A stretch of DNA of 64,000 nt, from NCBI GenBank assembly GCA_020053305.1, contig JAGVNJ010000018.1:1910-65909 (forward strand), written 5' to 3'. The notes beneath the pieces are model-generated. The model worked only from the letters and a program-made list of their open reading frames with translations. It had not been told where the DNA came from and did not search any database. How positions within the stretch are numbered: the first letter of the stretch is position 1; every line of letters begins with the position of its first letter. The DNA is from Candidatus Edwardsbacteria bacterium. Lineage in GTDB: Bacteria; Edwardsbacteria; AC1; EtOH8. A program made the translations under genes and the position numbers. Positions 10,784 to 19,479 of the stretch are shown here, one piece after another.

Positions 10784-11884
10784 ATGGAAAGCAAAACGCC
10801 CTTCTATGAGCAGCATGTGGCCGCTGGCGGGAAGATGGTGCCCTTCGCCGGATTTTTAATGCCGGTGCAGTATGCCGGGATCATAGAGGAACACCGGCAT
10901 GTCAGAAGCGCCGTCGGCCTGTTCGATGTCTCCCATATGGGCGAGATCGAGGTTTGGGGCCCGGAGGCCCTGAAATTCGTTTCCTATGTGACCGTCAACG
11001 ACCCGGCCGCCCTGGAGGTTGACCAGGCGCAGTACTCGGCCATGTGCTACCCGGATGCCGGCATCGTGGACGATCTTTTGGTCTACCGCTACCCCGATCA
11101 TTATTTCCTGGTGGTCAACGCCTCCAACTTAGACAAGGATTTCGCCTGGCTCCAGGAGCAGGCCAAAAAATTCGACGTCAGCTTGAAGAACACCAGCGAC
11201 GGCATTGCCCAGCTGGCCCTGCAGGGCCCCAAGGCCGAGTCCCTGCTGCAGAAGATCTGCGACTTAAAACTTTCCGACATGAAATTTTACTGGTTCAAGG
11301 TCGGAAAAGTGGATGGGGTGGATATGCTGGTCTCCCGAACCGGCTACACCGGCGAGGACGGCTTCGAGCTGTATTTCGATAAAAGATACGCCGGGCAGAT
11401 ATGGGAGTCCTTATTCAAGGCTGGCAAAGAATTCGATCTCAAACCCAGCGGCCTGGGCGCCAGGGATTCACTCAGATTGGAAATGAAATACTGCCTGTAT
11501 GGCAACGATATAGATAAAACAACCTCGCCGCTGGAGGCCGGCCTGGGCTGGATCACCAAGCTCAAAAAAGCCGGCGAGTTCAACGGCAGGGATGTCCTTT
11601 TAAAGCAGAAAGCGGATGGTGTAAAGCGGAAACTCATTGGGTTCGAGGTTGAAGGGAACGCCTTTCCCCGCCAGCATTACAAGGTGTTCAAGAACGGCGT
11701 TCAGGTGGGCGAGGTGGCCAGCGGGGTCTTTTCTCCCTCGGTGGCCAAGGGCATCGGCACCGCCTATGTCCCAAGCGAGTTCGCCAAGACCGGCACCGAC
11801 CTACAGGTGGAGATCCGCGGCAGGATGATACCGGCCAGGGTGGCCGAGACCCCGTTTTGGAAGCACAGCTCGATCAAGAAATAA
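10784..11884 (+). CDS. gcvT: Glycine cleavage system T protein (aminomethyltransferase)
   Basis: The N-terminus TPFYEQHVAAGGKMVPFAGFLMPVQY is typical of GcvT. The length is 366 aa and an RBS AGGAGA is present. Confidence 0.9.
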   Translation: MESKTPFYEQHVAAGGKMVPFAGFLMPVQYAGIIEEHRHVRSAVGLFDVSHMGEIEVWGPEALKFVSYVTVNDPAALEVDQAQYSAMCYPDAGIVDDLLVYRYPDHYFLVVNASNLDKDFAWLQEQAKKFDVSLKNTSDGIAQLALQGPKAESLLQKICDLKLSDMKFYWFKVGKVDGVDMLVSRTGYTGEDGFELYFDKRYAGQIWESLFKAGKEFDLKPSGLGARDSLRLEMKYCLYGNDIDKTTSPLEAGLGWITKLKKAGEFNGRDVLLKQKADGVKRKLIGFEVEGNAFPRQHYKVFKNGVQVGEVASGVFSPSVAKGIGTAYVPSEFAKTGTDLQVEIRGRMIPARVAETPFWKHSSIKK

Positions 11885-11912
11885 AAGACCATCGTATTTC
11901 CCCGGGGGATTT

Positions 11913-12007
11913 TTATCCACAGATTAACGCAGATTATAATTGATGGTTTTATTTACAGTAAACTAATATTAAGAGATAAATCTGTGTAAATCTGTGAAAT
12001 CTGCGGA
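11913..12007 (+). promoter_or_regulatory. Intergenic module: TTATCCACA, AACGCAGATTATAAT, then three tandem AAATCTG(T/C)G repeats upstream of gcvH
   Basis: The 15-mer at 11926-11940 is exact and contains a TATAAT -10 hexamer. Inverted copies ATCTGCG/ATCTGTG lie at 11978-12007. The same module recurs at 13915-14019. Confidence 0.4.
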
Positions 12008-12053
12008 AAAGAAAAAACTAAATAATTAAAATAAATAATTACGGAGAAATGAA

Positions 12054-12440
12054 ATGAATTTTCCCAAGGACCTCAAATATACCGCCAGCCATGAATGGGC
12101 CCGGATCGAAGGCGACACCGCCACCATCGGCATCAGTGATTTCGCCCAGGGCGAACTGGGGGACATCGTTTTCGTGGAGATGCCGGCCATCGGTTCCAAA
12201 GTCGAGATGGGCAAGCCCTTCGGCACCGTGGAGGCGGTCAAGGCGGTATCCGACCTGAACGCCCCGCTGTCCGGCGAGGTGGCCGAGATAAACGGCGAAC
12301 TTGAAGGCACCCCCGATCTGGTCAACAAAGATGCCTACGGAAAAGGCTGGATGGTCAAGATCAAGCTGTCCAACCCCGGCGAAACCGCCAAACTTATGGA
12401 GGCCGAGGCTTACGAAAAGATGGAAAAACACGGACATTAA
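12054..12440 (+). CDS. gcvH: Glycine cleavage system H protein
   Basis: The lipoyl-lysine motif VEAVKAVSDL is present. The length is 128 aa and the start ASHEWARIEGD is typical. Confidence 0.9.
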   Translation: MNFPKDLKYTASHEWARIEGDTATIGISDFAQGELGDIVFVEMPAIGSKVEMGKPFGTVEAVKAVSDLNAPLSGEVAEINGELEGTPDLVNKDAYGKGWMVKIKLSNPGETAKLMEAEAYEKMEKHGH

Positions 12441-12530
12441 ACCAGGCAGGGAACCCCGAAATTGTTTAAAATGTTTAAAGGGCTTAAACGTTTTAAACGT
12501 CTGAAACGTTTTTAACTTTCAAGGAACAAG

Positions 12531-13847
12531 ATGCCATATATTGCCAATACGCCGGAAAATATTCAGGAGATGCTGGCCCGGATAGGGGTCAAGGATTTCA
12601 AAGAACTAATTTCGGACATACCCCAGGATATCCTCTTAAAATCCAAACTGGATCTGCCGCCAGCGCTGTCCGAGATGGAAGCGGCCAAAGAGATCTCCGG
12701 GATCTCCAAAACCAATGGACCGGCCGGGGAGATGATATCCTTCCTGGGCGGGGGGGCTTACGATCATTATATCCCCGCAGCAGTGGACCACATCCTGTCC
12801 CGCCCGGAGTTCTATACCGCCTACACCCCCTATCAGGCCGAGGTCAGCCAGGGCACCCTGCAGGTCATCTGGGAGTTCCAGAGCCTGATCACCGCATTGA
12901 CCGGCATGGACGCCGCCAACGCCTCGATGTACGACGGAGCCACCGCCCTGACCGAGGCCGGGCTGATGGCCTGCGGCCATACCAAGCGCAAAAAACTGGT
13001 CATATCCAGCACCGTCCATCCGGAATACCGCCAAGTGCTGAAAACCTACTGCCGGGGGTTGAACATCGAGATAATCGAGGTCCCCTGGAAGGACGGAGTC
13101 ACCAGCCTGGAGGAACTAGAAAAAACCATTGACGATAGAACCGCGGCCGTCCTGATCCAGCATCCCAATTTCTTCGGCGCGCTGGAGCCGGTCGAAGAGA
13201 TATCCGACCTCGTCCATAAGAAAGGCGCGCTGTTGGTGGTCTCGGCCGATCCGATCTCGCTGGGCATCTTGAAAACGCCCGGGTCTTACGGGGCGGATAT
13301 CGTCACCGGCGAGGGACAGCCGTTGGGGATTCCCCTGGGGCTGGGCGGGCCATACCTGGGGCTGCTGGCCGCCAAGAATGCGTTGCTGCGGCTGATGCCG
13401 GGCAGGATCGTGGGCCTGACCACCGACAGCCAGGGCCGGGAGGGGCTGGTGCTGACCATGCAGGCCAGGGAACAGCATATCCGCCGGGAAAAGGCTTCCT
13501 CAAATATCTGCTCCAACCAGGCCCTGTGCGCCCTGGCGGCCACCGTCTACCTGTCGCTGATGGGCCGGGACGGCATCAAACAGGTGGCCGAGCTTTGCCT
13601 GCAGAAAAGCCACTATCTGGCGCAGCAGCTGGAGCCGGCCTTCAAGGCACCGTTCTTCAAGGAATTCGTCTATAAGACCAAAAGGCCGACCGCTCAAGTC
13701 CTGGCAGAACTAAAGCGGAAGGGCATCATCGCCGGGCTGGATATGGGCCGATTCTTTAAGCAATTGGAGGGCCACCTGCTGATCTCGGTCACCGAGAAGA
13801 GGACCCGGGGGGAATTGGACCTGCTGGTCCAGGCGCTGACAAAATAA
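12531..13847 (+). CDS. gcvPA: Glycine dehydrogenase (decarboxylating) subunit 1
   Basis: The N-terminus MPYIANTPENIQEMLARIGV is typical of GcvPA. The length is 438 aa. Confidence 0.9.
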   Translation: MPYIANTPENIQEMLARIGVKDFKELISDIPQDILLKSKLDLPPALSEMEAAKEISGISKTNGPAGEMISFLGGGAYDHYIPAAVDHILSRPEFYTAYTPYQAEVSQGTLQVIWEFQSLITALTGMDAANASMYDGATALTEAGLMACGHTKRKKLVISSTVHPEYRQVLKTYCRGLNIEIIEVPWKDGVTSLEELEKTIDDRTAAVLIQHPNFFGALEPVEEISDLVHKKGALLVVSADPISLGILKTPGSYGADIVTGEGQPLGIPLGLGGPYLGLLAAKNALLRLMPGRIVGLTTDSQGREGLVLTMQAREQHIRREKASSNICSNQALCALAATVYLSLMGRDGIKQVAELCLQKSHYLAQQLEPAFKAPFFKEFVYKTKRPTAQVLAELKRKGIIAGLDMGRFFKQLEGHLLISVTEKRTRGELDLLVQALTK

Positions 13848-13914
13848 ACTAATCCACGCCGTTCTCATCAAATGGGGACGGCTTCCAAATCTATGTACAG
13901 GAATTTCAATCTTT

Positions 13915-14019
13915 GGACGCAGACTTCGACAAGATCAGTTCATGGATAAACGCAGATTATAATGATTTATAATAAGGAACAAGGAAAGTATCTGCGGATA
14001 TCAGCGTAAATCTGCGTCC
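13915..14019 (+). promoter_or_regulatory. Second copy of the AACGCAGATTATAAT / ATCTGCG module, flanked by the outer inverted repeat GGACGCAGA...TCTGCGTCC
   Basis: GGACGCAGA at 13915-13923. The exact 15-mer at 13949-13963. ATCTGCGG at 13990-13997. AAATCTGCGTCC at 14008-14019. It lies upstream of the TTG-start WecA-like gene. Confidence 0.4.
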
Positions 14020-14044
14020 CAGCCTAATTTGAAAAGGACTTATA

Positions 14045-15073
14045 TTGCATTATCTGACAGCGTTCTTCATAGCCGCCGTATTGAGCCTACTGTTTACTCC
14101 GCTGGCCCTGTATGTTTCGGTCAAGGGCAAGATATTTGACCGGCCCGGCCTGAGAAAGATACACCAAAAGGCCATGCCCTGCCTGGGAGGAGCGTCCGTA
14201 GCTGTGGCGGTGCTGATAACCATCTGGCTGATAAAATCGTTATGGCCCGGCATCTTCTACGGATTGACCGGGAAATTCACGGCCATAACCTTCGGAGGCC
14301 TGCTGATCCTGGGGGTGGGGTTATATGATGATCTGAAAAGCGCCTCGGTGGCCCTGCGGCTGGTCTTTCAATTCACCGCCGCCAGTATTCTGATAGCCGG
14401 GGGCTTTTGCGTGACCATTCTGCCCAGCCCGCTGGGGGGCGTCTTCGAACTGGGTCTTTTCAGCATACCATTTACGGCCCTATGGATCGTGTTCATAATC
14501 AACGCCATCAATTTCATCGATGGGCTGGACGGGCTGGCGGCCGGCATCGCCATCATAGTTGCCGCCGCCATCTTTGTTTCGGCCGAGGCCTCCGGGGAGG
14601 GGCTGATCGGCCTGCTGGCTATAGTCACCGTCGGCGCCTTGCTGGGCTTCCTGCCGTTCAATTTCCATCCGGCTCGCATATTTTTGGGGGATTCGGGGGC
14701 CACCTTCATCGGCTTCATTCTGGCGGCCATGACCACCCTGGGGACCATGAAAAGCATCGCCACCGTGGCCCTGCTGATACCCATAGCCGCCCTGGGGGTG
14801 CCGATGGTGGATACCTTCAGCGCCGTTCTGCGCCGGACCTGGCGGGGACAGATGTTCTACCGGGCCGACAAGGAGCACGTCCACCACACCCTGCTGACCA
14901 TCGGCTTCAGCCATCAGGGAGCGGTGATGTTCCTGTACGGCATAACCGTCTTTCTGGCGATCTTGGCCATGCTGCTGTCGCTGGCCGACCGTCGGCTGAT
15001 CTCGATACTGGTCGGCCTGTTTTTGATCCTGGTATGGATTTTCTTCAAAAAATGGCAAAAGGGCAGAGATTAA
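14045..15073 (+). CDS. Glycosyltransferase family 4, WecA/MraY-type polyprenyl-phosphate N-acetylhexosamine-1-phosphate transferase
   Basis: It is polytopic and has the DRPGLRKIH...P.LGG cytoplasmic loop motif typical of the MraY/WecA superfamily. The start is TTG, with AAAGGA 8 nt upstream. Confidence 0.75.
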   Translation: MHYLTAFFIAAVLSLLFTPLALYVSVKGKIFDRPGLRKIHQKAMPCLGGASVAVAVLITIWLIKSLWPGIFYGLTGKFTAITFGGLLILGVGLYDDLKSASVALRLVFQFTAASILIAGGFCVTILPSPLGGVFELGLFSIPFTALWIVFIINAINFIDGLDGLAAGIAIIVAAAIFVSAEASGEGLIGLLAIVTVGALLGFLPFNFHPARIFLGDSGATFIGFILAAMTTLGTMKSIATVALLIPIAALGVPMVDTFSAVLRRTWRGQMFYRADKEHVHHTLLTIGFSHQGAVMFLYGITVFLAILAMLLSLADRRLISILVGLFLILVWIFFKKWQKGRD

Positions 15074-15092
15074 TTTTTAGCGGTAAATATAA

Positions 15093-16091
15093 TTGGCCAA
15101 AACATTCGATCCAAATATTCTAAAGGGCCGGGCGGTGTTGGCCCCGATGGCGGGGATCACCGACTCGGCCTTTCGCCTTATCTGCCGCCGCTACGGCGCC
15201 GCCTTGGTGTATTCCGAGATGATATCGGCCGAGGCCCTGTCCCGGGGGCATTCCAAGACCATCAAGATGTTATCATTCCGGGAGGAGGAGCGGCCCATCG
15301 CCGTCCAGCTGTTCGGCACCCGGCCTGCGGCTTTTGCCGAGTCGGTGGAGAGGCTGGAAAGGGATATCCATCCTGATTTCTATGACCTGAATTTCGGCTG
15401 TCCGGCCCCCAAGATAGTCAAGAACGGCGGCGGGTCGGCCCTGCTTAAATCTCCGGAAAAAATAGCCGAGATAGCCAGGGCGGTGGTCAATATCGCCAAG
15501 CGCCCGGTGCTGGCCAAGATCCGCAGCGGCTGGGAGGTGGGATCGGAGAACGCTCTGGATGTGGCCAAACTCCTGGAGGACTGCGGCATATCTGCCATCG
15601 CCATCCATGGCCGGACCAGAAGCCAGATGTTCTCGGGGAAGGCCGACTGGGAGATCATCGCCAAGATAAAACAGCAGGCGAAGATACCGGTGATCGGCAA
15701 CGGCGATGTAACCTCGGGAGCCGATGCCCGGAGGATGGTCCAGCAGACCGGCTGCGACCTGGTGATGGTGGGCCGGGCGTCGCTGGGGAACCCCTTTTTG
15801 TTCGCCGAGATCAAGGCGGCCCTGAATACAGAAGGCGGAAGGCAGAATTCAGAAGTGCCGCCGGTAAGCTGGCCGGAGCGGATGGAGGTCGTCAAAGAAC
15901 ATATAAAAATGTCGATGAACGATAAGGGAGAACTCCGGGGCATTCGGGAGATGCGCAAGCACCTGGGCTGGTATATCAAGGGTATCCCCGGGGCGGCGGC
16001 CCTCCGTCAGGAATTGATGCAGGCCGAGACCGAGGAGGAGACCTTAAAAATATTGACAAGGATAGGCTGGGAAAAGGAAAACGATGAATAA
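15093..16091 (+). CDS. dusB: tRNA-dihydrouridine synthase
   Basis: The LAPMAGITDSAFR TIM-barrel FMN motif and the catalytic-Cys region NFGCPAPKI are present. Confidence 0.85.
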   Translation: MAKTFDPNILKGRAVLAPMAGITDSAFRLICRRYGAALVYSEMISAEALSRGHSKTIKMLSFREEERPIAVQLFGTRPAAFAESVERLERDIHPDFYDLNFGCPAPKIVKNGGGSALLKSPEKIAEIARAVVNIAKRPVLAKIRSGWEVGSENALDVAKLLEDCGISAIAIHGRTRSQMFSGKADWEIIAKIKQQAKIPVIGNGDVTSGADARRMVQQTGCDLVMVGRASLGNPFLFAEIKAALNTEGGRQNSEVPPVSWPERMEVVKEHIKMSMNDKGELRGIREMRKHLGWYIKGIPGAAALRQELMQAETEEETLKILTRIGWEKENDE

Positions 16092-16788
16092 GGCTCTTTC
16101 GGTAAAAAATAAAAAGGAACTGTCCCTTTTGCTGGCGGTGCTCACCCTGACCCCGGCCCTGGTGAACTGGCTGGCCCTGTGGCTGCTGAACGACGCCTGG
16201 CTGGCCATCATCCTCTCCTCGGTGGTGTTTTACGGCGGGGCCTTCTGGCAGATCAAAGCCTACGGCCTGGAGGAGCGGGTGAGACTGCCAGCTGTCGGAA
16301 TTTTTAACAGCCTGGGCCTGGGAACATTGGCGGCGGTCTTGGTGGCGGCGCTCAGCATATACATCGGGAACTTTTACTTCGGAAAAGCCATTCCGGACAA
16401 TATGCTGAAAATATGTTCCCAAAGACTCTACCAAAGCAATGCTTTTCCCACCGGCTTTTTCCAGTTCTTCCTTTTTGTGGCCCTGATCATCCCTCTGGGC
16501 GAGGAACTATATTGGAGGGCCGGCATTCAGGGATTGCTGGCCCGGCGGGCGGGGTTCAAAAGGCATATTCTGATATCGGCCCTGTTGTTCACCGTCTATC
16601 ATCTGGTGACCATCAGTTTTCTGATGCCGGGCTGGACCGGGTTGCCGCTGATGGCCATCGTCTTTGCCGGGGGACTGACCCTGGCCTGGCTGACCGAGTA
16701 CACCGGGAACATCTGGGCGGCGGTGCTATGCCACGGCCCCGGGGCCTGGGGGGCCACCATTTATCTGATCTGGAAATTCCTAAGGTGA
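16084..16788 (+). CDS. CPBP-family (CAAX/Abi) intramembrane metalloprotease
   Basis: It is polytopic. EELYWR (EExxxR), FTVYH (FxxxH) and HGPGAW motifs are present. Confidence 0.65.
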   Translation: MNKALSVKNKKELSLLLAVLTLTPALVNWLALWLLNDAWLAIILSSVVFYGGAFWQIKAYGLEERVRLPAVGIFNSLGLGTLAAVLVAALSIYIGNFYFGKAIPDNMLKICSQRLYQSNAFPTGFFQFFLFVALIIPLGEELYWRAGIQGLLARRAGFKRHILISALLFTVYHLVTISFLMPGWTGLPLMAIVFAGGLTLAWLTEYTGNIWAAVLCHGPGAWGATIYLIWKFLR

Positions 16789-16803
16789 TCTTAACCTTTA
16801 AAG

Positions 16804-16834
16804 TAAAAAGCCATCCATCGGATGGCTTTTTTAT
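16804..16834. terminator. Bidirectional rho-independent terminator between convergent genes
   Basis: AAAAAG-GCCATCC-ATC-GGATGGC-TTTTTT hairpin with A/T runs on both sides. Confidence 0.6.
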
Positions 16835-16864
16835 TAATATTGATTGGCAGCTAGGACTTATATT

Positions 16865-18616
16865 TTATGTCGGAAATTCAATCCAAAAAGCGCTTCCTTT
16901 TCCCAGTTGGCTCGAAACGCCAACTGTACCCCTATGCATTTCTATTATATGCTTTACGATGGCCAATCCCAAGCCGGTGCCGCCCACTTCCCGGGAGCGT
17001 CCTTTGTCCACCCGATAAAATCTTTCAAACAGGCGGGGCAAATGATCTGATGTAATCCCCGGTCCGGTATCAGAGACCGTAAGGCGGATCTTGTTTTCTT
17101 TCAATTCGGCTGATAATTCTATGGTTCCTTTCGTTGGCGTGTATTTGGAGGCGTTGTCCAGTAGATTGGTCAGGGCCTGGATCAATTTATCGTCATCAGC
17201 AGATACCATAATTTCCGGCAGGGGCTGCCGTATCTTTAGATCCTGTTGTTTTTGGGAAACCTGCTGCTGGACATTGTCTACAGCCCGTTCAACCATCTCT
17301 GCCAGCCTGTTTTGGCGCGGGTTGAACTGGTAACTGCCGGTTTCCAGGGCCGACAGGGTCAGCAGATCACTGACAATCCGGTCCATGCGTTCGGACTGGC
17401 GGCGTATCCTTTCCAAAAAATCCCGCAACTGCTCCTGTCCATGATATTGTTCGTCATGTATGGCCTGGGTATAACCTATTATGGCCGACAAAGGAGTTTT
17501 CAATTCGTGGGAAACGTTGGCCACGAAATCCTGGCGGATGCCTTCCAGTCTTTTATAATCGGTCACATCGGTCACAACTATCACGATGCCGGATCCTATG
17601 TCGTCTCTCTCCAACAATGTGCCGTGAGCCAGGTATTTTCTGCCGGCCAGTTCGAATTCAAGGTTTGACCGCCGGTCTTTGACCCAGTCCCCGATATTAG
17701 GGTGCCGGATGACCTCTATAAGCAGTTTTCCCAGAAATTCCGCCGGGGTTGTCCCGAACATTCTGCAAGCTGACGTGTTGATCAGCTTTATCTTCATCAT
17801 TTTATCTATGACGATCACCCCTTCGGTCATGCCTTCCAAAACCGCCGCCAGATGAAGACTCCGATTTTTGAGATCGCTTAATGACTTCTCCCATGATTGA
17901 GCCATTTGATTGAGAGATGCGGCAATGGTGTTGATTTCGGAACTTCCTTGGTTGGTGGGGGCCCTGGCGGTCAGATCTCCGGCGCTTATCCTGGCCGCTG
18001 CACCTTCGACCTTTTTTATGGCCTTGATGATGGTATTCCAGTAAACATTGTAGATGGCTAATAGTATCACCGCGGACAGAAGTAATCCCGATATCAGAGA
18101 AATGAACAGATGCCAGCGGTAAGCTGCGAAATCGTTAAAGGGCCAGGCTATCCGGCAATAACCCCAGAATTTATTTTTTATGATGATAGGTACTGCAAAA
18201 TATATCAGTTCTTTTTTCAGGGTTTGACTGTAGCGCAAGGAATGCCCGCTCCCCGCCTCCAAAGCTTTTCTTATTTCCGGACGGCCCAGATGATTATCCA
18301 TTGCCAATAGACCCGCCCCATCCTCGTCCGAATCTCCCAGCACCCTGCCGGAACTGTCTATGACGGTTATGCGGTAACCTATGGTGCGGGAATAGCTGTC
18401 TGCCAACGAATCGATATCAACCGAAGGGCGGTCTAAAAACACACCGGAGATGTTGCCAGACACCAATCTTGCCTGGGAGGCCATTCCTCTCAGGGCGATA
18501 TTAAGAAGATAATGGCGGCTGACCACAGACAGGTAGATGCTCAGCAAACCGATCATGATGACAATGGTCAGCAGGGTGGTCGAAAGGAGCCGTGATTTCA
18601 AACTCTTGATGATCAC
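16865..18616 (-). CDS. phoR: PhoR-like sensor histidine kinase (TM-HAMP-PAS-HisKA-HATPase)
   Basis: HisKA ANVSHELKTPLSAI and HATPase DTGPGI...GGTGLGLAIVK are present. The GTG start overlaps the stop of the upstream regulator (GTGA). Confidence 0.8.
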   Translation of the reverse strand: MIIKSLKSRLLSTTLLTIVIMIGLLSIYLSVVSRHYLLNIALRGMASQARLVSGNISGVFLDRPSVDIDSLADSYSRTIGYRITVIDSSGRVLGDSDEDGAGLLAMDNHLGRPEIRKALEAGSGHSLRYSQTLKKELIYFAVPIIIKNKFWGYCRIAWPFNDFAAYRWHLFISLISGLLLSAVILLAIYNVYWNTIIKAIKKVEGAAARISAGDLTARAPTNQGSSEINTIAASLNQMAQSWEKSLSDLKNRSLHLAAVLEGMTEGVIVIDKMMKIKLINTSACRMFGTTPAEFLGKLLIEVIRHPNIGDWVKDRRSNLEFELAGRKYLAHGTLLERDDIGSGIVIVVTDVTDYKRLEGIRQDFVANVSHELKTPLSAIIGYTQAIHDEQYHGQEQLRDFLERIRRQSERMDRIVSDLLTLSALETGSYQFNPRQNRLAEMVERAVDNVQQQVSQKQQDLKIRQPLPEIMVSADDDKLIQALTNLLDNASKYTPTKGTIELSAELKENKIRLTVSDTGPGITSDHLPRLFERFYRVDKGRSREVGGTGLGLAIVKHIIEMHRGTVGVSSQLGKGSAFWIEFPT

Positions 18617-19299
18617 TTTTCTTCCTTTAACTTGTAGCCGAAGGACTTTATGGTGGTCAGGGCGGATTTTAAAAGCGGGATCTTTTCCCGCAGATGCCGG
18701 ATATGGACGTCGATGGTTCGATTGCCGCCGTAATAATCCATGCCCCAAACGGCGTCCAGAATATTATCACGCGAGACCAACCGTCCTTTGCGCAGCATCA
18801 GGTATTCCAGCAGGGCGAATTCCTTGGCGGTAAGGATGACCTCTTTCTGGTTCAACAATACGGCATGGGCCTCGGTGTCCAGCAATAGCTTGCCGTATTG
18901 GACCTTTTTGACCTTGTCTACGTCAGGCTCGTTGCGTCGGAAAAGCGCCTTGACCCGGGCCACCAGTTCCTTGGGGCTGAAAGGCTTGGTGATATAGTCA
19001 TCGGCTCCCATTTCCAGGCCGACTATCTTGTCGGTCTCCTCTCCTTTGGCGGTGAGCATTATGATCGGCAATTTTTTGGTTTGGGGTTCCGACCTTAACA
19101 GACGGCACAGCTCCAGGCCATCCATTCCGGGCAGCATCAGGTCCAACAACAACATATCCGGGGCCGATACTCTGATCCGTCGCAGGGCGTTTTCTCCGTC
19201 ATCAAAATTTTCGACGGCGTATCCGGCATTCTTCAGGTAATGCCTGACGATGTCGGCTATGTCCTTTTCGTCTTCCACGATATATATCTTTTTGGGCAT
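18613..19299 (-). CDS. phoB: OmpR/PhoB-family response regulator
   Basis: It has a receiver plus winged-helix domain (DVHIRHLREKI). The start ATG is at 19299 with a GAGAGG RBS. The track ORF is extended by 17 spurious codons. Confidence 0.8.
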   Translation of the reverse strand: MPKKIYIVEDEKDIADIVRHYLKNAGYAVENFDDGENALRRIRVSAPDMLLLDLMLPGMDGLELCRLLRSEPQTKKLPIIMLTAKGEETDKIVGLEMGADDYITKPFSPKELVARVKALFRRNEPDVDKVKKVQYGKLLLDTEAHAVLLNQKEVILTAKEFALLEYLMLRKGRLVSRDNILDAVWGMDYYGGNRTIDVHIRHLREKIPLLKSALTTIKSFGYKLKEEK

Positions 19300-19367
19300 A
19301 TCACGGCCTCTCTTATCATATGGTTGAATGATAATAAAAATTATAGGCAAAGTAAAGGAAAAAAGGG

Positions 19368-19417
19368 TTAAGGGTTTGTTAAATTGGGGTTAATTATCAT
19401 TTAACATAAAATTAACA
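19368..19417. promoter_or_regulatory. Pho-box array: five TTAA-hexamer direct repeats at exact 11-bp phase
   Basis: TTAAGG 19368, TTAAAT 19379, TTAATT 19390, TTAACA 19401 and TTAACA 19412. The array sits in the divergent region between the phoB-like and PHP genes. Confidence 0.55.
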
Positions 19418-19479
19418 CCATGCCAACGCCGCCATAATAGCCAGGCATTATATTTAGGCATAAATTATAAAATGGATTT

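Noticed and set aside
11913-11921. A perfect DnaA box TTATCCACA as evidence for oriC
   Set aside because: It is a single copy, and a 9-mer is expected about once by chance in 64 kb over both strands. No cluster of boxes and no dnaA gene is present in the window.
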